Shown here: piece by piece, positions 50,743-64,000 of the stretch
How positions within the stretch are numbered: position 1 is the first letter of the stretch
How the letters are laid out: each line of letters begins with the position of its first letter
DNA from: Paraphysomonas bandaiensis
Lineage: Eukaryota > Protista > Chrysophyceae
NCBI GenBank assembly: GCA_965644295.1
Contig: CBFFRP010000395.1
Coordinates: 124,001-188,000, forward strand
Length of the DNA: 64,000 nucleotides
Direction: 5' to 3'
Notes under the pieces: model-generated
The model's input: only the letters and a program-made list of their open reading frames with translations
What the model was told of the DNA's origin: nothing
Database searches by the model: none
Position numbers and translations under genes: made by a program

Positions 50743-52543
50743 ATGGCATGTCAATTCTCTGCTCCCTATACATTATCAACACGTAATGCATATTATACAT
50801 CATCATCACAATATCTTTGTTCATCATCAGGTTCACATTTAACTATACGTGATGTTGTTACTTTAGATATCATCCATATATATACATGTATAGATAAGAT
50901 TGATAAGATTGAAGTATCACCTGATTCAGCATATATATTATGTGCAATGTATAATAGATGTTCTATACAAGTTTTTTCACTTGCAGAAACACAATGGCGT
51001 TGTCGTATTAATGAAAGTGTTGCGGGTATTGTCTCTGCTACATGGGCTCCTGATTCTCGTCATATAATTGTTGAGTCCGACTTTGGAATACAATTAGCAG
51101 TGTGGTCTCTCATTGAGAATGTATCTTATATCATAAATTCTCCAAAACCTGGCAGTGGAAACTATTCGTTTTCTGACTGTGGAAGGTTTGTGTTTTGGTT
51201 TGTAATGAGTGGCATAACTAATTGTGTGGATATTAGGTATTTTGCAGTTGGCCACCGACTAGAGTGCAAAGATCATATTGGTGTGTACTCGACAGGACCC
51301 TGGTCTGAACTGAACAAGTTCCGCAGTCGCAGCACAGACATGGCTGGGGTACAATGGACTCCAGCTGGCACACATATACTAGTCCAGGACACCCACCTGA
51401 CTTACCGCGTGCTTGTCTACACGCCTAGCGGAGAGGTCGGCTTACTCTGTTGTGTGTGCCAGCGCATTGTTTCTTATGGTATGTCGTGTATTCAGGTACT
51501 GGCGCAGTACGAGGCCTATCAGAATGCTTTGGGTGTCCGCACGTTGTCTTTTTATCGTCCTTATTCTTGTCCCGCGTCTACTGATTGTGATGAGCCTCTT
51601 CCTTGCCCGAGTCCTTTGCTAGCAATTGGATCCTATGATGGACAAGTCCGACTTCTTTCCACACATTCTTGGAAACTTGCATTCGTGCTACCGACGTCTC
51701 ATCCAGGGGATATGCCTGAAAGCATGGCAGGAAGGACGGTCTGTACTGTTGAAGTCATTGACTCTGGCGCAGGGGAAGGAGGCGACACGGCTTCATCTAT
51801 GTCCTTTTCTTCTGAGCTTTCCACAGTTAGTGCTAAGTAAGTGTATTTTGTTGATATTCATTTCACTTCTGACTGAATTGTTGTGCCACCTATGATGAAG
51901 GCGTACGAAGGAACAAGCTGGTGTACTCGGAAATGCATACATAACCAGAAATCTAAAAGCTTTACCCAAGCTCGCACAGTCTACCCAGCTACCTAAGAAT
52001 GATATGTTGCCTCCTAAGTTTGGCGTGAGTTGGTTGGGGTGGAGTGCGTGCGGCACATTGTTAGCTGTTCGAGAGGACTCCCATCCTCGCTGCCTTTGGA
52101 TTTGGCATGCTCTGGAGGCCCGTCTTTGTGACCTCCTTGTGCAGTTGGATACTATTGTATGTGCGAGGTGGAGACCTGACTCTGACGGTCTATCAGGGGA
52201 GCGCACCCCTCTCTTGGCCTTCTGTTGCAACACTCCCCGGGTTTACTTCTGGACTCCTATGGGCTCCTCCTGGGCGGACCTGCCACCCATCAGCAACAAG
52301 CAGCAAACGCCCAGTGTGCCGGCTGCAAAACCCCGTGGACTACGCGGTGGAGCTGCTACTCTGGCGGCTTCTGCACCGCCAGATACAACGACAGAACTGA
52401 ATGTGCAAGGCTTACGATGGAGCACGGATGGTAAGCGACTCCTACTGATTGGAAAAGACAGGTTTTGCTCATGTGACGTGACTCTGGACGCTTCTACTAA
52501 TGAGGTTGACGTGAGTCATGAAGCGGAGGATGTTTCGGCTTAG
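50743..52543 (+). CDS. WRAP73: WD-repeat protein WRAP73/WDR8
   Basis: LTIRDVVTLDII..YTCIDKID...QWRCRINESVAGIVSATWAPDSRH...AYQNALGVR...LAIGSYDGQVRLL...PPKFGV...DSHPRCLWIW. Confidence 0.9.
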
Positions 52544-52939
52544 TGTGCACTACGGTGTAGCAGTGACTTGTTGTTCCATTGAATTATACCTATTCATTTT
52601 TTGTAGTAGCACTATTCAGAGTTCATAGCAAACCCAAAATAATAACTATTCTGTATTTCATATCAGTCCATAGTCAAATTTCTTCGGTCACATTTTTGTG
52701 CATTGCGTATGGCCACAGTGAATCTATTTACTTTGGGTTAATATGTCTTTAAAAATTAGGGTTAGGATTAGAAAATGTTGGAAAAATTATTGTGCTATCA
52801 TCTCTAAGATAGTGGTGTAATATAGGACGATATAATAAACAGTGGTCTATAGTCAACAGTCAACAATACTGTATGATTAAGCAGCTGTGACACTGAAGTA
52901 TCACTACGATTCAATATGCGTAAGTCAATTATCTGATGT

Positions 52940-53035
52940 CTATGTTTGCGGCTAACGTTATTTTCCAGAAGAAATATCTCCAGTATTTATCCCCCAGAAT
53001 ACCACGAAAAGGTGCAAGCCCGACTTTATTGAGGG
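52940..53035 (-). mobile_element. Ribozyme-only 5' fragment of the retroposon (a 3'-end fragment lies near 53090-53135)
   Basis: Minus strand CCCTCAATAAAGTCGGGCTTGCACCTTTTCGTGGTATTCTGGGGGATAAATAC... Confidence 0.8.
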
Positions 53036-53614
53036 TGAATTCAGTGAATGACAAATAAGAAATGAGATGTTGATTATAATTTTAACAAGGTAGTGAATGT
53101 TTTATTATTAGCAATCAGCATGTAAGAGTTAGACCTATTGTAGCATTGCAAAATATTTTAGTAATCGATTATTGAGTGAGTTCAACGTTAATTTATTTGA
53201 GTGTTAACTTCCAAATGATAACATGCATATGCAAAATATATGCTATTGCTAATACCAGTCTTATGGTTATACCCTTAACCACAGGAGCAAAGTTTGACTG
53301 CTCCTCCTTTTTCTCTTGGAAATTTCCATCTGCTACCAGTCGAGCCTTGTATTTTCAATAGTTTCCAGAATATCTCGCTTCACTGTGTGCACATATTTGG
53401 CCCTTACCAATTTTACTTCTCTCGGAGTGCGAACAATTTTAAGTACACGTCTCTTCAGCAATGAAGTCTTATCTACTTCCCAAGCTTGTCTCCACTGTTC
53501 GAGCTGTAGAGGTCTGACAATTACCCAACATTCTTATTAGAGCGACTTAAATGCATTTTTTACATTGATTTTTTTATCTGTTCATGTTTTGCTTCTTGGC
53601 AATACTTCCGATAT

Positions 53615-54060
53615 CCCTCAACAAAGTCGGACTCGCACCATGGTGTTCTGGGTGATAAGTACCGGAGAGATTCTCTCTGGGAAACTGACGTGAGCCGCAA
53701 ACATAGTCTGCCCACTCATAGCCGAATGCTTGTGTGGTACAAGGAACACCAATATGTGTCACTTGTGTAGACGTCTTTGGGTCCTGACAAATAAACAGGA
53801 ATTCGAGACAGGGCCCACCTGAAGGGTAACCGGGGCATTGGGCTGCCTGCTGAAGTCACCTTAAGAGCTCAGAGCGGAAGTGGTCGCACCTTGGTGCTTG
53901 CGGCGACGCGCAAGCAGCTTCCGTAGCGTTAAATAGTAAGATAAAAAAGTGTGTACTGATTAGTTACAGGTAGAGGTCTAACTAGTTTGTCTAGCATTCA
54001 TCTAGCTACTAAGATGATACAGGTTTTTAACGCCTATTGCTAGTAATAAGACTTTCAATA
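53615..54060 (+). mobile_element. Copy of the HDV-ribozyme retroposon with 11-bp TSD
   Basis: TACTTCCGATA occurs at 53603-53613 and 54061-54071. Starts CCCTCAAC; closest to the 10431-10936 copy. Confidence 0.9.
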
Positions 54061-54286
54061 TACTTCCGATAAGTTGTGAACACAATATAAAGAGTACAGT
54101 TATGAACGAAGAAGCTAATAATGGAGCAATCCTAATGATAGTTATTTAAGAGCACATTGAATAAAAAATAATGTGTTCTATAGGATCACTCTGCTATATC
54201 GAAAAAAGAAAGAATTAAAAATAGTAACATATCTTGTCTGCTACAGCACAGCAAATAAAAATATCTATTTCGGGAGAATCATACAC

Positions 54287-56822
54287 TCAAAGCCCATGTT
54301 TCTGTTTTCATCGTGAGGAATTTGAAGTCAACAGAATATAAAACATACCTTACGTTGGAGCTCTGTACGCAATAGCACGCTACAACCTAGCATAGGGCAA
54401 ATAATTGGTGGCTTCGATCGCATTTTACGCGCGATCGTTCTCTCATGCATGGCTCTCCGCTGCAAGATATTGCTCAGAATCTTACATGGAGACTATGATA
54501 AAAACAGACCTTGTATAGAGCACGCCAATTATGAACCGAGTACCTCGGATCGCATGGTATGCACTTCATGGCGGTCTTTATCTCACCAGCAGCAACTCTT
54601 AATGCAGTCTTCGCGGACTGGGACGAATAGTCGCTGAAACATGGGCATTGTGCTTCGTCTGCAGAGTCCGTTTTTTTCTTACGGTTTGAATTTGCAGGCG
54701 CCTTAGATGGGTGATATATAATTTTCCACCTACTGGAGTACTTCTCACGCCACAGCTGTCCACATGTCGAAGCAGAATTAAAAAGTTTATTTACACAAGC
54801 CAGTCGACAAACCCTTTTAACCGATACAAATTCCATAATTAATACGCAAACGTCATATGGCATTCTCTGAGCAGGAGAAACGCGTTGTATAGAGAGACTG
54901 GGCTCTGACACATCGTCGTCATACATTTCATCTGTACTGTGATTAGAGAGTTCCGTGTAGAATCCGTATGCAGCTTCCTCAGATATCATAAAGCTATGAA
55001 TTTTCGGCATTACACTACGTGATGCCCATTGTTTGATTAGATCAGCAAATAGTACTGCACAGTCAGGATGAGACTTGTGTATCATAGTCAGGTCAAGGTC
55101 AGAGATTTCATTAATCGGTGTCTTGTTTCTATTATTCCTCAGTACATATTCACAGCTCACAGAGAGACCATACGCTGGGAGAACAAAGCTTGTCAAGTAG
55201 GCGGCTAAAAGAGGGTGCATATAGTGCAGGCAGTAAGGCTCTTCTCCATCTTTACCATCGAAGAAGATTAGAAGAGATCCACGAAGCGTATCCGACGATG
55301 AAAAATACTCCATAACGTCATCATGGCGAACGATAAGTGCATAAGCCAAGTGATTGCTCAAAGCTGAATATATTGCTTCAAATGTTGATATATGGTTCGA
55401 GCTGGCAAAGTGCGATGCAATGAGAGATACACCTTCACAAAGAGTAGACAGACTGTGAGTGATTGAGCCTTGGGAGAAATCGATGTGAGAAATAATAGAA
55501 GCAATCAGACGGCTCGTTGTCATTGCACTAATATGAAACTTTGATTCCCCTAATCCAGCGCAAACATGGGCTACAACTGACATAAATACACTGCATAGTG
55601 CACGCAGGAGTGACACTGAGAAGTTGACAGGAGAAGTTTGTATAGCCACTAGCCAGAGCACCATTGCGTCTAAATCGCTAACGACACGTCCACGCTTCAC
55701 AGCAAGGTTACATTCCCGCCTCAAAGTGGAAGCACCTGGAAGAGCCTGCTTGAGCGTCCCAATAATGTGCGCCTGCAACATCCGACCGAAGGCTCTCGGG
55801 CCTTTGCCACAAAGAGACCAAGCTGACACCCGCCGCCAACATGCGCCCGACAAGTGGTCGCTAAGTCTCAATTGTTCTTGCCACACAGAGTACTCGTCTC
55901 GTAGCCACGTTGCACAAAGAACAGTGCGCGAAAGACCATTTATTGTGATGGACGAAAGACAGCTTGATCGTGTTACTTGTGGAGAGTGTCGTCCAGCACC
56001 ACTACCATGTTCTTCTCGCAGATGATCCATCAGGGTGTATCCAGATGCCATATCTAAGCCATATCGTAAAGCCATACGAGAAGGCTCTCTGCTTCTATTC
56101 CCATCACTATACAGTTTCCGTGTGGCCCGATGCTGAGCATAACTGAGGTGATCCACTTTACACCCACTCATTGTAATCGGTTTACTAACTAAATTCTTAT
56201 AGGCATCTATAATATCCATAGAATTAGTCTGAGAAAGAAGACATAACAATAGCTCGACCCAAGAATAACAAGGGAATTTATCGGCAATAATACGAAACAC
56301 TGAAAATACTATAAACACTCTATTAGTGGCCATCAGTGGAGAGCTGACCTGACATACTGACATCATATGTATTAATTCAATTTCAATATGTTGTATAATA
56401 TTACTACAAGTGATATTAGGATATAATGATAGTAATTCAATAAAATCTTCAAGTAAATATTGTATACGTGCTAAATCTTCAACTGAATTATCAGGTTGTA
56501 ATATAGAGCATACTATACGTATGTATATTGATGATATAACTGGTATATAAGTGGGATGTTGTGAAGCTATACATAATAATGTATGTGATATCATACATGC
56601 TCTACCCGTATGAAAGCATGCTTTTGAATACCAGTGAACTGAATGAACGAATGAGTTGATTATAGAGATATAAGTGTCACTATGTATGGGAGTGTGTGTG
56701 TGTGTATTATGGAATATAGTAATGAGACAGTTGCATGATTTATGAGCTATAAGAGGACATGTAGAGGTTGATATGATGGTTAAATGAGACTTGATAGTGT
56801 CTGGTAGAGTAAGAAGGGACAT
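54287..56822 (-). CDS. Helical protein with C-terminal F-box and Cys/His-rich tail
   Basis: The 782-aa exon contains RMPYDVCVLIMEFVSVKRVCRLACVNKLFN...LWREKYSSRW (F-box). Predicted small 3' exons give CPMLGC...KHGL. Confidence 0.7.
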
Positions 56823-56924
56823 ATCTTGATGTTAGTTTGTTATATGAGTGTATTGGGAGGATAGTGTGAGGTGTTCTATTAATAGAGACGGGTGTACATC
56901 ACTGGTACATACTAGAGATGCATG

Positions 56925-57595
56925 TATGGTATATATGACTGTATGGTGTACCTCCGTATATATGTATGGTATATAGAGGTACTGCTGTATGTGTACCTCT
57001 GTATATATGTATGGTATATAGAGGTACGGCTGTGTGTGTACCTCTGTATATGTATGATATAGAGAGGTACTGCCCTATGTGTACCTGTATATAGTATGGT
57101 ATATAGAGGTACTGCTGTATGTGTACCTCTGTATATATGTATGGTATATAGAGGTACGGCTGTGTGTGTACCTCTGTATATGTATGATATAGAGAGGTAC
57201 TGCCCTATGTGTACCTGTATATAGTATGGTATATAGAGGTACTGCTGTATGTGTACCTCTGTATATATGTATGGTATATAGAGGTACTGCTGTATATGTA
57301 CCAGTCCACTACATACATACTGGAGCGCATGTATGGTATATATGACTGTATGGTATATAGAGGTACTGCTGTATGTGTACCTCCGTATGAATGGCGTATA
57401 AATGTAAGGCGTGTAGAGTATAGAGGTACTCCTGTATGTTTTTCTCCATTGACATGTATGGATGTATGGGGTATATAGAAGTACTGTTGTATATGTACCT
57501 CCGTATACATGCATGGCGTATAGAGTATAGAGGTACTGCTGTATATGTACCTCCGTATACATGCATGGCGTATAGAGTATAGAGGTACTGCTGTG
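56925..57595. repeat. Minisatellite of ~43-bp hairpin monomers with a 130-bp higher-order unit
   Basis: AGAGGTAC-N10-GTACCTCT recurs, and 56971-57100 is repeated at 57101-57230. Confidence 0.9.
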
Positions 57596-57919
57596 TGTCA
57601 GCAATGGATGGTACACTACTTTCCATTTATAAACCCAGAGAAATACAAACAAACCCCCCTTTTTTTCTCCACAATTACAATATTTCCAGATATCTAATCT
57701 AGATATCTAGTTTTTCACATATTTATCCACTATCTCTCATATAAATATCAGTATACAACCGTTGCGATTGTTTGAATCATTGCATACTATGCATAGTCAC
57801 CTCATCATCACACTATACTTTAATATACTCATATAACCACATTATTTAATTGCATTAAACATATCAAGATCATCTTCTATTGCATTACATTCTCTAAAAC
57901 GATCTTCTTATAAGATAAT

Positions 57920-59220
57920 ATGAAATTTTCAATGGAAGAATTCGTACAATATGAGAATATAGATAACATACAAGGATCAATAGTTTCATATGATACAGAT
58001 GCTGTACTTGATTACGGATGGGTATTACCTGTTAGTGGTTCTATACTTACATTACGATTTTTTTTTGTACTTACAAATTCAGTATTATTTACGACTTTTT
58101 TAGCCTATGCGAGCTGTACATACAGAGGATTCTCATCATTCTGTATTCCTGTTCCTGAGAATGATTTCAAGAATCTTACTCTTGGAGCTGTTGCAGCATT
58201 TGTAACTATTATATTTATATCTCAATTAATCACACGATGGTGGAATATTCGCACACATCTACAGGGTATTATAGGGAAGGGAAATAATGTAATGATAACA
58301 TTAGCAGCAGTGTTCTCATGCACTCTTGTTAATGTTGATTCGAAAATTGAATTCGACGCCCGACGTGTGCAGCAGCAAATATATAGATACTTGAATTTAG
58401 CCCATGCGTTGATGTATAAGAACGCTAACAAGGAGAAAGATTTAACAGATTTGTTGGATCGTGGAGTTATAACCGACAATGAATTAGCATATTTGACTCA
58501 GTTAAATGGGCTGAATCCTAATATTATATACGGATGGATTCAAATTTTAATACAACGACTAGCGTTTGGAGGTTTGCTTGGTGATATGTTAGGCGAAGGA
58601 GCGGTTGCACTGAAAACACTTATGGATGACGTGGAGTTCATCAGGGGAAATTCGTCAATGGTTTTAGTCTATATTACTACGCAGCTTCCGTATGCCTTCG
58701 TACAGGTGGTTGCCGTCGTGGTGTACACGTTCATTGTCCAGGCTATGTTTGTCTCTGCTGGTGTCATATCCTATGGACTGAAATATAATTTCACGAGAGA
58801 TGTATTTTTGGGATACATTACGTTAATTCTTATGTGTTTCGTGTTCATTGGACTGGTTACAATTTATCGTCTTCTTTCCGACCCTCTCGGCTCTGACGCT
58901 GCAGATTTCCCAAAGCGAAAGTACGTATACGTATCATCTTTCAAACTACCATGTTTATGTAACTAATATTTAGGTATATGAGAGATTGTGAATTCGGATA
59001 CAAAAATTTAATGTTAGCAATGCATGAAATCGCAACCCCCAAGTTCCTGACGGCTGGAAATCTGTCTTTCAAAGACTCAGACATTACGATGTTACAGAAA
59101 AAAATGTCGGAGCGGTCGGAAAAAAAGGGATTAAATCGTCGTCTTAGTGCCCCTCTTTATGAAAATTATAAGGATGGTGTCGACGCTGTAAGTGTGCCGG
59201 AGGAAGTCAATCAGGTCTGA
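57920..59220 (+). CDS. Bestrophin (RFP-TM) family anion channel
   Basis: TM segments with ITRWW, YRYLNLAH, ITDNELAYL, QLPYAFVQVV and LSDPLGSDAADFP. Intron near 58922-58973. Confidence 0.85.
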
Positions 59221-59804
59221 TGCGATTGTATATTATACCATACACTTTCTAGTAATTAATTCACTCTTGTGATGTTGAAATAATATTAAATTTATAAAAA
59301 AGTCAATTATCATTCAGTTCAGTGTCTGAAAATTCAACTTCTTATTCAACATATCAACAAAAAAAACAGAAAAAGGGAACTTAACCAACATTATTTTTTA
59401 TACAACTCGACGTACTGCCCCTCGAAACTACTTCACAGCTTCACAGACATACTAATACTACATACACTCGTATATTAAAAAATTTGAAGTTTTGTCTTAT
59501 GTGTTTTATTTTTGTGCCTAGCCCTATTACTATGGCTAAAATATTTGTACTAATATATGACATGCCCGAAATATACTGGTTGTTAGTAGCGATTTTGAAC
59601 TTTTCCTATATGGCGTATGGCGTCACCACCACTCTAGAAGTGATGTAACAGCTTACCTACTTTCTGTTCCTATGAGCTCCATGAAAAGATTACGTACATA
59701 AGAATAAATACTGTATAGTCATTATATTTCACATTTCACCATCATAACATAATTGTAAAACACTTCTAAAACTACCGCATCATCCAGATGCTACAGCAGA
59801 ACGT

Positions 59805-62800
59805 TTAATGCTTCATGGTATGGAACCAGTTGTCTATTCTTCTTGAGACCGTATTAAGAGAATTTTTAATTTCAGCAATAAACTTAGCATTAGCCTGTTC
59901 AGTTGTAAGCTCAAGGGAGAGCATTTCTCTCAAGTAACTGATATCAGACTTCTCGAGCAGCTCAGGCATCGCAGCAGGAACCATTAAAATAAAGAGGTTG
60001 ATAAAGAGGTCAGCTCTTCTTCGAAGCATATTATAAGCCTCACAGCACATACGTTCGAAATCATGATAAGTCGCCCCTTGTATCTTTGTATCCCGCATTA
60101 CATAAGCCATTTCCGGGGTAAATACAAAAGGAGCCCGTTCCCGATTAAACCCATACTTCTTCTTAAAATTTCCCAGGAAGTGACCAAAATCTATGTGGAA
60201 GAGATGCCCAGATTTAGAGACCATTATGTTGCCTGCGTGCCTGTCTCCGATGCCTAGAACGTAGGTTGCCACACAATACCCTGCACATGTCCTCACAAAG
60301 TTTTCGACAGCGCATGGGTACAGTCCATGCTGGTTGTTCTCGCGCAGATATAGGTCAATGGGCGTACTCGAAAAGGCCCCAGTTAGCTTGCCGCCATATC
60401 CTGTCATAATATTTGCAGTCGTGTCTGAATCAATCACAACCTCTATCATGCCAAGGTCTTGACCAGTGGAGCAACACTTATACGGCTTCAGTTTAAGATC
60501 AAGTGAGTTTTCAGTAATGCCCGGAATACTGCGCGAAGAATCTGTTCCCCGCCATATAGAATCCATGATACGTAACAGCTGCAGTGTAATTTGATCCTGT
60601 CGTAGATCGTCCCCAGACTTGAATATCGTGTAGAAGTCTTTGCCATATGGGTCTGCATTTTCAAATACAATCCAAAGTGGCAGTTTCTTCGAGTCCATCA
60701 CTTTGCACTTTTTGTACTTAATTCCTCTGCACTCAATGCGAGGAGTCAAACAAACACAAAACTGAGATGGTAATGCTCCATCAAGTACTTCAAGCTCTTT
60801 CTTAGCTTCCTCGATCCTTCTCTCCTTATTAGGAATAGTTTTAATTTGATCCGCGATGACCTTAATTTTGTCATTTACGAATGCCTGCTTTCGCAGAGAT
60901 GTCTCATGTGGACCACAGTTGAGAATGTATAGGTACAATAATGTACCAAATCTTTCAAGTACTCCAGCACAGTGCATTTCGCTCTTAAGCATCCAAAAGA
61001 GGTGGTGACCTATTAGTAGCGGTGATCGTAGCGCCCGTCTGAGAAGAAGTCGCGACAACGGGGAATCATGGAATGCTTCGTACTTTAATACCTGCACCAA
61101 TTGAAGAAGGAACTCTTGCAACTGTGCATCTGGCAAGCGGTCTACAACACGGATAGCATACTCCCTAACCACAGGGTCGCAAAAACATATATCCAGCAGT
61201 CCGAGAGCCATTTCTGGCGTAATCTCAGCCCAGAGCACCAGGCAGCGGTAAGCCTCCTCAACATGTGCAGGGACCGCCCAGTTGACTGCACGCAGGAACT
61301 TGGGCAAAAAATTAGGATACCGAGAGCAGAAATGTCGGTACTTCCACAGCAGTAGTTTGTCGGCGTGTGTAAGAGAATATAAGGTATCTTTCTTACCAAT
61401 TACCTCTAACTGCTTGCCATCTGCAGCACTTGGTTGTTCGTAATCTGTGATAGGCTTTGGTTGCGAAGCTATAACCTCATTTAGGGTCTTTATTTCGGCA
61501 ATCACAGGAACGGAGTATGAGTCGAAGACCACGTGTAGGGCACCCGCAGTGCAGACGCCATTTCCCCCAGGCATGCCACATGAAAGATTGAGAATCTCTG
61601 GCATTGCTTCATGTTTGAACTTTACGGGATCCATGGCTATTTGTAGATTCTGGTGAGGGAACATATTCAATACTCTCTCCCCTGTCACCAGATGTCGTTT
61701 GTAGTCTATCAAAGTGATACAAACACCAGCGATCACAGTTCGAGGCGGAGAAGGCTGTCCAGGAACTGGTCGCATGGACCCGACTAAAGTGAATGCTATG
61801 CGGGTTGTTGGTGGTAGGGCAGCTACCTCCAGTTTGGTATCAATCCAAATCTGAGGGAATCGTGGGTCGGAAGAGAACGGTACGGGTCGTGTCATGCACG
61901 GTGAGGAAAGTAGAGATTCGTCATTAAAATACAGATTTACTTCCACTTGCAAAAGATCGCAAGCAATAGCATGTGGACAGTCAGATACCCCTTGAATTAA
62001 CACCCGAAGTGGCCAGTTAATGGAGCTCTTTAGTATATTGCTTGTCAAATAATCACCGGAACTAGTTGAGTCTTGGACTAGGAGCTGCGCCTCATCCACT
62101 GTCCAATCGTCTCCATCAGGACGAGGAGTCGCTTTGTCGTACTCCAAGTACCTCGAGCTAGACATGCTCATTATTGGGCCAACATCCATAAGCTCAGCTG
62201 GCAACAGCTTCACTAGCAGAAGATCTAATTTTTGCTAAGGAACACACGTGAGTTGGTATACAGCAAATTGAATATTGTCTACCTTATCTCGTGCACAGTT
62301 GACTGCACACTCATAGTAACCGAGTGGAAAGTCGGAATGTAGCAGATACTCATGATACCCTACTACCTTGAATATGTACCCCTCCATACCGTTTTCGTCA
62401 AGCGCCCGACCGTTACGTATCTGAAATTTCTTGAAAAGTCCTACCATCATCTTTCCGACTGTGTCCCCAAGTGTTTGTCGCATGGTAATGGAGGATATGG
62501 TATCAGCGGAGGGATCGTCAGACATGCCTTTCGGGAGTCGTAGCACAACTTGTAGAGCTGACGACTCGGAAAAAGGTTGCTTGACATCCATATATTCCGG
62601 ATAGTTAAGCATCGCAGCGTAATCAGTGCTAACCTGAAGCCCCCGCCTGTCAATCCACTGGGTAAGTCGCTCCTTAGTCGACAACACGTAGTCGGAGAAG
62701 AAGACGTCGCGATTGGGAACATCATCAAATCCAGCTAGTTTCTCCGTCTCATCCACTGGAGTCCGTTTCTTCTCTGCTTCGAGTGTAATTTTCTCAAAAA

Positions 62801-63281
62801 TTTCGTTAGTTTGATCCACTTCAAAGGGATTACACCAAGTCGACACATCGCTCAGTGCATCAACATAATAAGCTTGGCCAGAATCAGGGTGTAGCTTGAC
62901 CGTCCATCTCTCCATACAGACACTTTCCTCTGCTGTCGCATCGTCTGCTGCAGTGTCTCGATCGGTCTCTACACTCACAACAGACCTCTCACTAGACTGT
63001 CTTTCGGGCTTAATTTCTCCTTTCTCACTCACTGTACTTTCAATCTATACATTCACATATTATGACCCATCACATATATAACACACAACATATATACATA
63101 CACATCTATATATACATACACATCTATATATACATACATACATAGTGCTGTATCTATCTATTTCTCATACCAGTTTGTTAATCGTATCTGCAGATAGATA
63201 CCAACTCGATGACTGTGTTTGTGAATTATAGAAATATAAATCACGTCCTGAGCTAGTAGGGACATAAGGGTCTTGAACCAT
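59805..63281 (-). CDS. Class I-like phosphoinositide 3-kinase catalytic subunit with N-terminal WW modules
   Basis: Ras-binding-like region (YIFKVVGYHEYL), C2, helical PIK (LPKFLRAVNW, LLQLVQVLKYE) and kinase domain (MDSKKLPLW, FKSGDDLRQD, CAGYCVATYVLGIGDRH, HIDFGHFLGNFK, RERAPF). An extra 37-codon exon at 63171-63281 splices in frame; the true start may be further upstream. Confidence 0.93.
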
Positions 63282-63419
63282 AGTGATATAGAGATATACG
63301 GGTGCCCTAATGTGATGTGAGGACAGTGGTGAGGTGTGATATTAGGTTAAGGTTAGTGTCAAGTAGTTATGTGTGATATAGTTAGCGAACTGCTGTATAT
63401 ATATGTACACAGCAGTATG

Positions 63420-63825
63420 TATACATACATACATACATACATACATGCATACATACATGCATACATACATACATACATACATACATACATACATACATAC
63501 ATACATACATACATACATACATACATACATACATACATACATACATACATACATACATACATACATACCTACATACATACATACATACATACATACATAC
63601 ATACATACCTACATACATACATACCTACATACATACATACCTACATACATACATACATACATACATACATACATACATACATACATACATACATACATAC
63701 ATACATACATACCTACATACATACATACATACATACATACATACATACATACATACATACATACCTACATACATACATACCTACATACATACATACATAC
63801 ATACATACATACATACATACATACG
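63420..63825. repeat. (TACA)n microsatellite
   Basis: About 400 bp of near-perfect ATAC repeats. Shorter arrays occur at about 19300-19380, 41865-42015 and 42700-42740. Confidence 0.98.
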
Positions 63826-64000
63826 TACAGGTACAGTACTATGATATGATGATATGTTATCTCTGGCATGTAATTGTCATATCCACCCCCCCCACAACAT
63901 ATCAATCCTCCTCTAACCAATGAACCTATACATACATTTCCTTCTAACTATCTCTCTATTCATCTCTCCATATACTCTAGCTCATATCCCTGTCCCATTC

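Noticed and set aside
56925-57595. CRISPR-like array of palindromic repeats
   Set aside because: The intervening sequences are themselves repeated, there are no unique spacers or cas genes, and the context is eukaryotic.
63342-63923. ORFs of YIHT/MYVC repeats (also at 19206-19501, 41864-42109 and 56912-57652)
   Set aside because: These are translations of microsatellite or minisatellite DNA.

Overview
Gene-dense, AT-rich eukaryotic DNA with short (mostly 45-70 nt) GT-AG introns. It comes from a flagellated protist, probably a stramenopile (inference from gene content). Protein genes: a 5'-truncated IP3R/RyR-type Ca2+ channel, a RanBP2-type zinc-finger protein, RPL23, a VOC-like/DUF1769/DUF547 protein, a FAM241-like membrane protein, an EF-hand coiled-coil protein, an ODA docking-complex-like protein, an EF-hand/ankyrin protein, CLEC16A/FPL, a frameshifted HXXXD acyltransferase, selenoprotein T (in-frame UGA plus SECIS, missed by the ORF track), WRAP73, an F-box protein, a bestrophin and a class I-like PI3K with WW modules. 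There are also four tRNA genes. The most striking signal is a family of about 9 copies of a non-coding 0.43-0.5 kb retroposon (with a longer form). Its 5' end starts CCCTCAAC directly against 11-12 bp target-site duplications. Its first ~85 nt fold as an HDV-like ribozyme closely resembling the trypanosomatid ingi/L1Tc 5' signature. Recombination between copies appears to have made a 1536-bp tandem duplication. Other TE debris (copia, Harbinger-like, pogo-like, a TA-flanked MITE) and satellites fill the intergenic space. All folds and homologies are judged by eye and from recall; no search was run.
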